A stretch of 63,377 nt of DNA, the filler included, from Choristocarpus tenellus KU-1152 (taxonomy: Eukaryota; Protista; Phaeophyceae), in the NCBI GenBank assembly GCA_964200185.2. It is 4 parts of 4 records of this genome, joined end to end, with 100 filler letters (N's around TTAATTAATTAA, not from the genome) between each part and the next. Parts side by side here need not be neighbours in the genome. Positions count along the whole stretch, not along the records: positions 1 to 30,346 come from CAXNAD020000091.1; 3 more parts are not named here. One strand, given 5' to 3'. Below the pieces are notes generated by a model that was not told the DNA's origin, ran no database searches, and saw only the letters and a program-made list of their open reading frames with translations. Each line of letters opens with the position of its first letter. Positions within the stretch are counted from its first letter, which is position 1. This document shows, piece after piece, positions 12,536-26,313 of the stretch. The translations under genes and the position numbers were made by a program.

Positions 12536-15500
12536 ATGCCGTTGTTTCAAATGTCTCCGTGCTGGGCGTGGTCATGGTGCTTCTGCTGGAGCGTCTTGTT
12601 TGTCATGAGCCTCTATCTTGTTCCTGGCAGACTAAGGAGTATGACACGACAGAATCCTGCTCAAGCAAGTCACACCCCTCACGTTTGCTATGAAAAATAT
12701 ATGTCGAGAACCATAGCATATCCATGTGGAGATGTTTTTTGACGAATCGTAGATGTGGAAGCAAGTCTGAACTTGGATCCTTCCAAGGTTGATGATACCC
12801 ATCTTGAGTCCTGGAATATTCTTCGAATCGTTACAAAATCTAGATTGTGTCATGCTCTCTACGCCAGATCAAGGCACGATATGTTTCTGTCACCTGCACC
12901 TCGATTTTGGCGGTACTCGGCACTGCGCTCCTGTCCTATCCGGTGAGGCTTGTCGCTACTCTCTCCCACTACTCATACCCGACCATAATAACAATATATT
13001 TTAAAATCTGTCTCCTTCCTAGATTATTATGCTTGAGGAATTACTGGAAAAAGTGATCGAGACTCCCCCACATCCCATATGATACCATTTCTGCTTTTCG
13101 TATTACTCTTCTTTCACGCACAATCCTTTTGAAATGTAAATCCAAGGCTCTGTTCAGAGAGTTGGCTTGTGGATATTTACTGTTGTCCCTAAGTTTGGAA
13201 GCGGAGGAAAATCCATCATATGTGATTTCTCCCAGTCATATCAGAAACTGACATACTGAAACTATCATAGGTGAAGGATTCGCCACCTTTGACAGCATGG
13301 CTGGGAATCCATGCGAGTTCTTTGGTCGCTGCAGCAACCCTCCCCTTGGCACTCACAGCTTGCCTGTTCATGGGTCCACTGATTACATTGGTTTTGATGG
13401 CCAAGAAAAGGACCACACATGAGGTATGATACCCTACAAGTGGTAACATAAAGAACTCTCACTAAATATGGAAGGGAATGTGCACACGAAACCAAGGTAT
13501 TGCACTTCAAGTTCCCCAGGATAGTATTTGTTCACTTCTGACAGAGGGATGTAGCAGAATACAACACAATAATATCCATTCTACTATATTTACTACGCGA
13601 AATAAATAATGAGAAAAATTTAATTGGATTGCTTTTGAATGTGAAGTCAGACAACGACACTTCTTTTTGTTCACTACAGAAGATGCACACCAGCTTTTTG
13701 TTTTGCTCTTCCGTTTTGCCCTATTGCGATTATGAGGCATCCACATTCAAGATAATAAAAAAATTCCTTTGTTGTGTGCAGTGTATTTACCCTGATCTTA
13801 CTCCTTTGATACCACTTTTGTCAGGTATTGCTTGATGAACCTGAAAAGTGAATATGCTCAACTGAAACTCATAAAATGGAAAACTTTCCTGGGCAGTGCA
13901 ATGGTTTTGCATACCCCAAGTAAAGATGCCAATGACTGAATTGCCTAAGCAGAGCCCTACATATTGTGTCAGAGACAGTAGCAAATGAAGGAGTGTTCAG
14001 CTCAAGAGGTGGAGAAATAGGGGATTTCAAGTACTACTTTCGTGGACAACATTTTTTTGCCTTTGAAGTACTCTTGTGCAAACTCTGACTATTCCCCAGG
14101 TCACACTTGTAGGGAGATCACAGCCTCGCAAAGAACCAGTCACGTTCATACATACAATGTTGCAGGAGTTCATCATAAAGACAAACTGGAAGGCCGGCTC
14201 ATATGCCTCTCTTCGCAATCTGTTGGTGAGGCTTTGTGGGAACTTGGATAGAAAGATGGATGATTACAAAGTCGTTGTTTGTGGCATGTTCTGTTCGAAG
14301 AGCAGGTGCAAAGGTCATTGTCTGTTGATTTCATTGTACCACTGTACTATTGAGTAAAAAGTGGATAGAACCTGGTAAGTTTGGTCAGTGGTAGTGAGGA
14401 CTTCACACCAAAGGATCATTTATTATTGATCACACCTTGTGCAGATCACACACCAGTCTTTGTTGCTTTCCCAGCACTGTACGCAAAATATTTTTTATCG
14501 TTCCCTGCCCAGGTCTTATCTTATAACTTTGTTTCTTATAAAACATATGCTTCTCAGGTTGGACCAGTAACAGAGGAGGTTGTTTTCCGTGGATGTTCTG
14601 TCCCACTGTTGCTTGGGGCAGGTGTCAAGAGAGGAGTAATCATATGGCTCAGCCCCCTGATTTTTGGTATAGGTGAGGGTATGTGATGTGTCCGTTTGAG
14701 TGCAGGCAAGGCCTAGTAGAATTCAGTCTACTTTCTCTTTGCCTTTGTTAATGTATATACAACAGTACCTATATTGCAGTAACACACTCCAAAGTATATC
14801 ACCAAATCTTTCCAACCAGCAGGATGTGTTTTATTTTATATTTGTTGTCCCATTGAGACATCTCTGGTTGTGATGAGGGCCGCCATCAGCTACAGTAAAC
14901 TCCACAACACTTTTGATGCTAAGTTGTGTTAAATAAACAAATACCCAGGTTGCGCCAGAATAATAAAAACTTGATAGAGTTGGTTGTGCACTATACTCCA
15001 CACAACCTTAAATCCCAAGGTGTTTAGCACCTGTACTACACACAGTTTCTTTTGATCGTTAATCCCTAAGTCATTATCTGTACCAAACAATCATGCCAGG
15101 AGATTCTCCTAAGTGATGTAGTACGTCTCTTATGCTGTCCTCATGCCATCCTAACAGCACATCTTCATCATGCTTATGAGTGGATTAGGCAAGGACGTAG
15201 GTTGGCAAATGTGGCAGTGGCAGTGGCCTTCCAAATGACATATACCTCTATTTTTGGGGCTTATGCAGTCTTCATTCACCTGCGAACAGGTGAGGACCAG
15301 TTGGGGGACTCGTTGCTTGCTGAATTAAAGTACCTTCCCAAGACAAAAAAAGCACCAAGTATGATTTGTAGTGGTGGGTTACAATATCTAATTCGTTTTT
15401 CGTGTAGCTACCATTTTTTTGTCAATGTTAATTACAAAGGGATCAAGTATTGAGATACTACTGTTCCACCTGTGTAGACAGTGATATGACTATCACTATA

Positions 15501-18500
15501 TCAATATTAACCAACTCAGAGGTGGAATTTAATCCCAGTCTGGTGGGAGGATGACCATATGATACAGGAAAGAGCTCAATGGTAAACGTAAAGGTAGAGA
15601 TTACTGTTGGGGGAGAGTCTTTGATTAGTGAGGTGATTAGTGAGGTGATGACCCATGGATTATATGCTGGGGTAACAGTGGTATCTCAATATTTGACAGA
15701 AGCACATCCAAGAGAATATTTTATTACTATATCTTAGAATGCACAGTGTTCACTTTGCTTTTCTTATAAAGTACAAATATATATTAATTTCAAGTTAATA
15801 GAAAGTGTAATTCACAATCAAATATCATGTTGATTAAAAAAAACAAAAAAAATTCTGCTCTTCATGCTCTTCAATAGTTAGTACTATGTATCAACCTACC
15901 CCAAGGTATCACTCAAAAAATGAAAAAACTGCCTTGTGAAAAATGTTTTAAAGTAATCTCAGCCTTCTTGGCCAGACCAGGTAGTATTTTGAGATCCTTT
16001 AAGGTTGTGACAGGCTGTGTAGGCAAGTAGCTTGTACCTGGTACTGTATGTGTGTGTATGACATGTGTGTACATCATGTATGTATAACATGGGTAGGCAG
16101 TGGGGTCCTTCCACCGTCAAACTGTTTTTGATATTTATTTTAGGAATACTGACCTTTGCCTTTCATGTTATAGTGGATGTATTGCTGTAACACTGTGATT
16201 GTCCTCTATTTTGAAATGTGTTTGTCGTCATGCTCTTCTCCATTTTGTATTTGGTAATCACTTCAACAGTCTATTTACCATCACAACCAATGCAAGTCTT
16301 GCTGGAAGTCGATATGAAGTTCTCTGGAGATGGACAGAAAATACCCAAAGTTTGGGGCACTCAAAAGAATACAGCTTAAGCAAGCCAAGGCCTTTGGTTG
16401 ATGCTATCAATAGGAGTATCTCCTTTTTTATCATTGGCCTGTCCTCATTGCCTGTCCTTTAGTTACCTTTTGGCAAGATCTTGGCAACATGAATGGCATC
16501 AAGGGTCAATTTCTTTCATGTTTTCACTTCGATGTTTTACTTGGACCTAGTACATGGTGCTCTATATGAGTATTAATTTGAGTACATCAATGTGAATCGG
16601 ATTTTTTTTTAGATTTTTTTTTACACATGGTTAGCATAAATGTGCAAGGTTGGAATTTCAGGGCAAACCAAGTATCTGTTGCAATGTTTTGAGGACTATC
16701 CACCCAACATTATTATTATTATTATTAGTCCAGGATAACTTAAACCGCATATACACAGCATAGTACTGTAGTGTTAATGTAAAAGAAAGAAGGGTGGTGT
16801 AGTAAATGTAAATGTAAACATGATGTGCTGTGTGTAATTGATTCACAGAGATTGAGGGATTGCAGATAGAACCTATGTGTGAGCAAGTTGAGGTTGAAAG
16901 AACCCCAATCGGTATGTCATTATATGATATACCAATAACAATGGTGTGATAACAAGGCAACCCTCCTTTCCACAGAATCAGGATTTTAATTCATATTGTC
17001 ATTTTATTTATTTCTCATTTTGACGGACAGGAAGTGATAGCAGTTGTGACCATGCAAAGGATGACTTTTTCCTAGTTGGACTATCAAAGCCAAAATAATC
17101 AATACAGTTCGATTCAATGATCTACAATTGAGATGATGTTGGATGTCTATGTTCCATCCAAAATCAATCAGAATCTGTTAGGATTTGAGGTCTGATGTTT
17201 GATGTTTGATGAACAGGTTTTGTTCTTATCCCACAACACTTTTCTCCTTTATAGGGGCACATCATAATAATATTGTTTTGTCGCCCTTTTTGAGCATTGT
17301 GAATACTGGATTAATTCTGGATTGTGGTGTAGGCTTGTAGAGTCAGTAGATTGAGGGTTTCAAGGAAGAAAGTAAAATACTAGAGGTGGTGTAGATAGAT
17401 GCACAATTAAATAGTAGAGATGGTGTAAATAGATATAATCAGATAGTAGAGATAGTGTAGATATAATCAGATGCTAGAGATGGTGTAGATAGATACAATC
17501 AAATACTAGAGATAGAGTTTCCAAGTTGAGCATAATTTATTGTTCTGATTATATATATCTACACTGAGTACAATGTGTTTTCCATGCATTTATTTTATTT
17601 TGTAGTGTAACTTTTACTTCCCACCTATCCATTTTGAGAACGTGTATTGACTGCTTTGTACCAGGAATATGTAAGTAGCTAGATTGTAGTTATAGAGGCA
17701 TTGCCATTTAGTGTATCCCCACTATAACAACAGTGGTGCATTATCAAGGGTAGGTAGTACCACAACACTCTGTGCATCCTGCAGTCCTACATATATTAAT
17801 ATAAAGATACAATAGTACATACACAAGACACACCTCCTTAAGTCACAAGTGAATATCATGCATCTTCCAACTATGATTGATACCAACTACCCCTCACTAA
17901 ACAAGGAAATGTAAAACCTACCAGCTATGCAGTGTTCCTCTTGCCACATTCAGCATGCTATCTTCAGTCAAAATACACGATTCATTACCTCATAGCTACA
18001 TCACAAGATAATCCCCTAAATCACTAGTTCATACATGTGAGGCTTGAGAACCACCAGTGCCTTTTCACCAGATGTGCAACCAGCCAATTCCACTTCTTGG
18101 TCACAACATTTGTAGGCAGGTGGTAATACACTCAATACACTACTGTACAAGGTTCCCTTGATTCCCTTCACAAGATTGCAGAATCAACAAGACACATCTT
18201 GAAACCCTGGACACTGTGGAGAATCTTTGTTGCTGGTTGCCATACCACTTGAGCACATAATCTCAGATTGTGTTTCAAGATGGAGCTTACAGTACCATCC
18301 TTGTGTGTTGTGTAGCTTACATACTATCCTTGTGTGTTGTGTAGGTTGTGTTTGGTGTACTTATCCTTAGAGATTAACAAAAGTGTTGGCTGTGTAAGGC
18401 ACTGACTGCATTTCTTGCAGGGTTAACCAAGAGGGGTTTCTCCTCTGAATAAATGATCACCCCTCAAATCTTGGTGTGTAGGTCAGCAGGTCTATGGATG

Positions 18501-21500
18501 ATTGACTCAAAAGTGTCACCTTCATTTCCCCCTTGGGTCACATCATCAGAATTATCCATGGCATCCTCATCCTGACCCTGACTATATTAAGCATCATCCA
18601 CCTACTCTACTTCCTATTTTAGGAGACCATGCCTTTATCCCTTGTCTTGAATCATCATAATGGAATCTAGCCTGGACACATTCAAGGACGTTGGCGTCTT
18701 AATATGTAGATAGTGTGGTGTTGGGGGTAGAAGGGTACTGTTGACCACACCTACATACATGAAGCACACCTTTTCCAGACCTGAATATGAAGAGCTCAGT
18801 CAAGAATAATTGCATTCAAACATTGAGAAGTTATAGCACTACAGTTTCAATTTGATGTTGGATATGATGGATTGTTGCAAGCCCACTGAACTTGATGTTA
18901 TCAGGGGAAGATGCAAGTATGACCCACCAAAATTTGTATTGATTGGCAAGGTTGTTACTACTGATCTATTGTTACTGATCTATGGTTAGGTTATTAGTAA
19001 AATCTTTTTCTAGAATCAAGCATTGGATAAATAGATCCCAATGGACATAGATGGTTAAATTTTTTGATTCAATCACAAATTTGATTTATTGTACATTACT
19101 GAAAAGTTTGGTTGAATGAATACGAATCACTGTAAAGGATTGCATCGCCCCCCCTCCCCTTTGATGCCTTTCAAGTATGTGATCAATGACCTCACTATTT
19201 GATTCCCAGTGGTCCATTAATTAATTTCTGTTAATTTCCCTCAAGTAAGGGTTAGGGAAAAATGAAGAACATACCTGAGGTCACTTGTTGCTTTGGAGGT
19301 GTGGGGGAGGTTTGATATTTTGGAATATTTTTAAAATGTTCACTCAAATCTTGTATGGTATGGGGATTCAATATTTTGCTTTAATCACGGAAGAGATACC
19401 TTTTGATATTTTTAGTTTTTTTTGTGTGTACCTCAATTGTACAGCAAACCAGATTTACCAGTCATAGATTGTAACTGTCATAGTATTAATTGTGTGATAT
19501 TATATATTGTGTGACACAGTTCTACTGAAGAGTGCATATCCTTTCACCTTTCCACCGAAAGACAATCAGCGTGGGAGGTTGTTAGTAGACATAGCACAGC
19601 AACCGCTGAACCACCAATTCAACTCTGATCACCAAAGGTCCAATGTTGTTTGTTTGATACATTAGGAGAGGGGTCGTTACTCATCATCCCAGATCTGTCT
19701 CTGGCTTAATTATTCAAATGGGTGCATTGCTGCCTTTTAAGAGGCCTTCAGTTAGATTGGGAGGATGAAAGCCAACTAAGCATCCTAGCTTCTGTTGTTT
19801 AAGTATCCTACTGTCCACCAGCAGCAGCGGGAAATAGTATTATTGATTGCTATTATTGATTACTAATATTGGGGTGTATTTTGGCTGGTGTGTGGTCAAC
19901 ATACTATTTGCTTGATTAGTGTATTCTTGGACTGGGAGGAAGGGAAGCCTGAGACATACTATTAGCCAATATCGGTTCTGTTTTGTCTAGGCCATGAAAA
20001 ATCAGTCCCTCACCTTTGTCTTTCATTTGTGTCTCCTCCCACTTGGTAACAACGACTTCACCCTAACCCTATCCATTACAAAGGATGGCAAGTGGCTAAC
20101 TTCCTTGTTAACATTTTGCACCACAACTTTTGTATACCCTTGGAATTCTGTGCTCTCATGATTGACAGGATACTAGGACCTCAAAGTCATTCAAAAACGC
20201 TTCATATCTTAGACTATGTAATTTTAACTGTTACCAGATCTGGTGTGTATCTGACGGTGAATTGCCAAACCAAGTGATCTATCAAATAAAGTTTTGAATC
20301 AGTTGATGAAGAGAAAATATATCAATTTTTGGGGGGTATTATTAAGTATTAACCATTATTAACCATGTCAAAATGAAATGGTTGAAACGAGAAATATGGT
20401 TAATGTCCCCACCATAGTCTGCATGTACAAGTACTCTGGAGTGACAAAGTCTCTGTGTAGGTTTTGATACTGGACACTTTTCCTCTTACCCCTGATTTTT
20501 TTCATCTCAGTTTCAGTGGGAACACTGTGGCCTAAAATGTACCTCATAAATCCAGCTACTATATAGCATAGAACCCCAAAATGATATTTCAACATGTGTA
20601 GTCAAAGGATTTCCTATTTTGAGCTTTGAGCATCTTGAGACGTGTGTTGATATTTTTGGAGGAGAATGCTGTTTGTTGGATTAGGGTTACCACACATGGC
20701 TATTGTCACTCCCTTTAACAATCAAATAAAGCCTCCACAGTTGCATTTCTACATCTTCAGGAGCTCTTTTAGTGGTTGGTGGGTATTATTATTTTTATAT
20801 GGAGGATTCTGGATATCTCAGTCCGTACTGCTTTGGTTTGTTGTTTGTCGTTTTTTTTCTGGTTGGACCACACACTACCCTGCACTGCATAGTTGGACAT
20901 TATTTCTACTCCTCTACTATTCCTTAGACTGTAATATGTAATATTAATATTGATAGATAAGCTTTGCCTATACCATACCAACCTAGGTTGGCCTACACCT
21001 CTACAAGTACAAATAGTGACCAACTTCAAAATAGTGACACTCATTTTTGTTGCAGTTTTTTCATTGGTAAGAACTTCAATTACAACCTATATCCACTCCT
21101 GAGTGTGGCGTTGGATGGTCTCAAGAATCAGGTGAAGCTTATATGTGAACGCTCTTGGAATCTATGGTGAAAGGAATGAACAGGTTCTTGAGAGATCATC
21201 TTTGCAGATTCAAGCAAATAAGGCACTGTGTATAGATTTCTGTTGTGCTGTGATGCCCATGGGGTGGCAGGGTGGCAGACATTTGTTTTGACATGGAAAT
21301 GTTGGAATTAGTTACATTAGTTACATCCAAGAATTATGAATCAAGTTGTATGAACAGTGTACTCTGGAAGTGCACTCTTTACTGTGCCTAGACAACTCGT
21401 GACGGTCATGACCTGAGAATATGTAGGGATCAATCAATATGTCCCTGTGACAATCTTGTCCCAAGCAGTCAGCCCCCTGTCATCCCTACTTCTCTCAACT

Positions 21501-24098
21501 TTTTTGTGGCCATCCTCTTACCTCACTCTATTTCTTGGTTACTCATGTATGTTAGTCTGTTGTGCATCCAGATGAGACATCTGCATCCTCTTCACAGATA
21601 ATGATGGAGATCTATTGCCCCTGAGGTATGCAAATGCTCTCAAGAAGCTCTGGGCAGTGCTCTGTCATTTCAATCAAATCTCAGTAAGATTACACTTTGG
21701 AAGGAACATGTAGCACTTTGTATATTACCTGAAACTCTTACATTGAGTATAGTCTGATCAAAAGCGGTATGCACTACTTGGTTGTAGCCAATACTTCGAA
21801 GCAATTGAACCTCTCCTCCCATACTTGGATGTTGCACCTGATATGTAGTGGTTTAGCCACTAGTTTTAATCTATTCACAAGGATCCTGTCTTGCCTGCAC
21901 AAGTTTGACATACACCTGTCGTGGAGTACAAGCAAAACATCTAAAACTTGAGAGCAGATCACATTTGTTTCCGATACTAAGGACTAAGGGCAAGCAGAGT
22001 TGACATAAGTCTTTTTGTCTTTTTTGCTGGAGTTTTTGATTTCACAGGGAACTGATTATTTTATACATTTTGGAGTTGGCACCCTGACTCAAAATAGTCT
22101 GGTCTCATTACCTAAACTTGTATGCAACCACTCCAGAGTACCTCAGGTCAACTTGGTGGTAGCCATTGGTGGCACCAGCCTCATCACACAATGTCTCACT
22201 CCCTTGATCCAAATTGAGCTAATCTGTGAAATAAAAGTACCCCCATAACTCTTTCAAGAGGGGAGAGTCTGGGTCGTCCTTCAGTTGACTTGTTTTATCA
22301 GCGTTGGTGGCAACCCGTCTCATCTCACAGACCTACCTACCTGTACAGTGTGCTAGATCTTGAATGTATTCCATACAATCTATTGGTCTTTGCTATGGGC
22401 TAGCTTACACACTGTGTATTACTGTGTATTACTTGAAGCAGATTGAAAGGTCATCCTGGTAAGAAAAATTGCTGTGTGCATTGAGTAGCATAGATTCATT
22501 CAATGCAAGAATAGGGGGCCTATTGTATACAGAGCAGGATATTATCAGTTAATTATCCTGGGATGTTCTGACTTCCATCATTTATAGCCCTCCAAGGTAA
22601 TGTTTTACCACTTCTCACCCATGATGTGTGAAGTCAATTAATTAGTGAATCACTTAGAACCATGACATTGGATGTTAATTGCTCTCTTGATGAAGTTCCT
22701 GACGTCTCTCCCCAATCATTTGCAGGCCACCTTCTGTCGTCAGTTCTTGTACATTCATTTTGTAACCTAATGGGAATTCCGGACTTGAGCTTCAATAATC
22801 CGCCAGGTGATCCTGAGTTCTCTTCCCCAACATCAGTTCTACATGGCACACGTACAGGTGGAAGTCAAATGACTGAAAAGGGTGTGCTCCATGGATTATG
22901 ATACAAACTGCTGTATATATCTTAGTTCTCTGCACAGCCCCCTCCCTGCTCCCAACCACTATGCAAATACACATATTGTCATCATAACCAGTCATACAGT
23001 TAGATATTCCTAGTTTTAGATATATATCCCAATTTTTCAGTGACTATCGTATGTGGCTATTGTCCTCAATATTGTCTTGTCATGTCTATTTGTCATATAT
23101 TTAGATCTCACTATAGTACCACTGTGTTCAACCTCAATAACTGACTGCTTTGCCAACTGGAATACAAAGATAGAGTGGATAGAGTGATGGGGGAGGTACA
23201 GATCACAGGTTCAATGGAAAACACAAGCATTTAGACGATTGAATGTGGAGTGTGTAGGACTAGCAAGGTGATGGCACATGGATGGATGACTCAGTGATCA
23301 AGTTGGGTAGCACCATGATCTTTTATCTTGTTGAATATTGAGATATCATGACTGTACCACAGAGGTATTTAGTTGTGTAACTGCCCTTGTGCTACAGTGG
23401 TATCTCAGCCACCAACACCACCACCATCACTGCCTGTTTAATGCTGCTTCCTCATTGAATTGTCTTCTTGGTTTGATTTGCTTGCATGTGTTATTTTTTC
23501 ATTTTATCTGTGTTTTGTTTCCTTTTGTAATCCTTGACTTTTCTCACTATGTATTCCCATCTTTGGACTGACTGACTGCCTTTTCAACTGCAGGTCTGGG
23601 ATACCTGAGACTGTGATAAATAAATGTAAATAGATACTACTTTGAAATAATAGAAATAATCTCAATATTTGACATATTCCTGCATTTGTTAGATTGCTTC
23701 CATGTACAGAATAACACTCCACAAGTTCAATGATAAACCAATTTCACTATTTTTTTAATGGCTTCACTTCAGTAGGGAGTTTTTTATGGAAAAATGAAGC
23801 ATGTTGGATATCCTATTTGTTCACACTGAACCATCAAGCTTCAATTCTCAAGTTTGAGGCTTAAGTTAGAACTGACCTATTCAATGTTGCTGACTGACTG
23901 TATGCATGATATGTGCATCTGTTGCATGGCATGCTCTCTGGGTGTAACTTTCTTCCTGTCTATTTTACAGGTTTATGGTGTGCCTATGGAACAGGAGTCA
24001 TCCTCTTTGGTTGTTTCCTTTTTCCACTCACTTCCCCAAGCTTGTATGGAGGGTCACTCCTATGGCATGATTTATCCATGCCACCTGGGGTATTGTAA
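12536..24098 (+). CDS. RCE1: CAAX prenyl protease 2 (RCE1, CPBP/Abi family), 8 exons, including a 7.4-kb intron
   Basis: Exons give SLYL..RQNPAQ | IKARYVSV | ..LFMGPL.. | ..SLRNLL | VGPVTEEVVFRG..SPLIFGI | AHLHH..QMTYTSIFGAY..RTG | HLLSSVLVHSFCNLMGIP (22726-22857) | ..FPLTSPSLY..GVL* (23971-24098). Catalytic EE, FxxxH and HxxxN motifs are present. Confidence 0.92.
15443..15696. mobile_element. Putative foldback/MITE (family C) in the RCE1 long intron
   Basis: About 28-bp imperfect inverted termini TCAAGTATTGAGATACTACTGTTCCACC / GGGGTAACAGTGGTATCTCAATATTTGA; no clear target-site duplication. Confidence 0.55.
17381..17515. repeat. Degenerate minisatellite, ~4 units of 28-34 bp
   Basis: Unit approximately TAGAGATGGTGTAGATAGATACAATCAAATAC. 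Confidence 0.75.
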
Positions 24099-26193
24099 TA
24101 TTGTGGTTAAGGTGGCATATGTTTTTGTGTGGAAGGGCATGTGCTTCATCAAGTCCTTGTCAGAGGTGTCCGTCCACCCCTCTGAGCATAATCTCAGACC
24201 GAGTTCAGGAATTTTGAAATGGGCATAAATTTGCATCCAAGTTGTGTGAGTTAGTTTAATACAGTTTTTTTTGTGGAGCATGCATTAGAGTGTGCACTTT
24301 TCTGATTCAGTTGAGCATAACAATGGATCAATTTTTGCGTTCTTCAAACAGAGTCTACATCAATCCAGAGTATACAAAGACACTAACCTTGCATCATGCA
24401 TTGATAGTGTCTTTGAAGAAAATGTTGTGGACATGTTTTCCCTCTCTTGTGTGTGTCAATGGTAGTGTTTCAGATCTGTAGAGAAATCTTTCAGATCCAA
24501 CTTACTAGTCTATGCTTTCAATACTGATTCAATCTTGATCCAATCCCTATCTAGAGCCTGAACTGGGAGTATTTCTTTGTCCTTTTCTTCACCATTTTTT
24601 TCTTGTGCTGCCAGTGTGACATGTTTTGAGACATGGTACCCTTGGTATGAAACTGACACTCCCTCTATGATGCAGCTTCCTCTATAGAGCCTCTGTTAGA
24701 TTATTTGATGAAACACCAATCCACGAAGACAATCGGGTTGCAATTTATGAGTACATAATTCAAGGAGCTGCTTGATATATGAATGACATGTCCCTCAAGA
24801 GTTTGAAATTTGTCACTTTTCACTCTTGATCTCATGACAGTTGGATGCAAGAATCCCATTTATATTGCTGACTTTTCATGTCGACATTATTCTACTAAGG
24901 TGAAATTCCTCATCCATCTTGACATCCCATGAGCAGTTATAAGGCACCCAGGGAAGGTTATTCCCAATGATACTGCCCAGTCATTCTTGGTGGTGGTATC
25001 TTCAAGACAAGAGTTGATCATTCTGTGTGATGCTCCAAATAGATTCATGGTTGCCTGGTTAGGTATGAGATTGTGTTAGATACTCATTGAAGATTACCTG
25101 TGAATGTTTACTACTACGAACGCATACTTAGTACTTCAAAGTATATTTTATTTTATTCCCCAATAATGCTGTTGAGTGAATGTTGAGGGTAAATGGGAGA
25201 ATTTCATTGCACCTCAGGATACTGTCAAAAGTAAGTAATCCTGTTGTTGTGTATGCCTCCTAGAAATGTTGTGAACTACAGATTAGAGTTCTACCTCAAT
25301 TACTTGCAATGAATAGAATGAAGTTAATCAGTCCACTCTTCCTTCAACTCTTGATAGATATGGTTCACAAGTTTTTTTCCAGGAGGACAATGGAGCATGA
25401 CCAACAGTCACCCCCTGATTCATTATTCCAAGTTAGAGGGTTCTTCAAGACTCTTTCTTGCCCACATGTTATGCCGGGCTGTGTTTTATGACATTGGTGA
25501 CACTTCACTCAGTTTTTATGATAACGGCACGCACATGATACAAATTGTGAATGTGTTACTTACAACACGTTCTATGAGCAGACAGACACTCTACCAATAA
25601 CATCACTTCAAAGGAATCTGAGGAGGATGAACAAAAATGGTTGTATACAAGCCTACAGTTACATGATGTAGGTGGGTATGTATGTATTAGGTATTGTAGA
25701 GCTATGTTGGTAATATTATGCCACGGTTCTAGCCAAGCAAGGAAATTTTGTTAGGGTATGTGATATTCTATTTTTTGAAGGACTGACCATATTTTACCAT
25801 AAATACCCCATGAAGCAAAATCAATCCAAGGGAGGACAAGCAAAATTGTCTAAGATTACAGTTGGCTAGGGAGATAAATGAATTTTTGACGAGTTTTTAG
25901 TGCCAGTGAGTGTTCTTTTGCAGCAAGGTTAGTTAGGGAAAATGTTACAGTAAAAAATATTTGGTTATGTTACTTGTGCTGATACAAGGAGGCATAAAAA
26001 CCACAATACTTGATTAGAGGCGGATTAGTCGACAGATGCCTGTGTAGATAAAAAAAGAATGCTTACTTGCTCTGAGACCCTCTCCTGGGTACAAAATCAG
26101 ACACACAATTTGACAGTTCCCCCCATCAATGATGCACCTTTGTTATGAAGAAGCAATTTTGCTATATTGGGCAAGTCGATGGCTAATTAGAAT

Positions 26194-26313
26194 ATCTGCT
26201 AAGTAGTTGCCTTCACATGATGACAAAATCCTAATCTGCTAAGTAGCTGCCTTCACATGATGACAAAATCCTAATCTGCTAAGTAGTTGCCTTCACATGA
26301 TGACAAAATCCTA
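26194..26313. repeat. Tandem repeat, 3 x 40 bp
   Basis: ATCTGCTAAGTAG(T/C)TGCCTTCACATGATGACAAAATCCTA repeated three times with one mismatch and no spacers. Confidence 0.95.

Noticed and set aside
19248-19257. Telomere-like AGGGTTAGGG (also about 20061-20070)
   Set aside because: Fewer than two full units; chance or repeat debris.
21774-21962. hAT-like transposase fragment (RLKL..HIRCN)
   Set aside because: Resemblance to the TRWNS motif is too weak to support a call.
26194-26313. CRISPR-like repeat array
   Set aside because: Units are directly adjacent with no spacers, there are no cas genes, and the context is eukaryotic.
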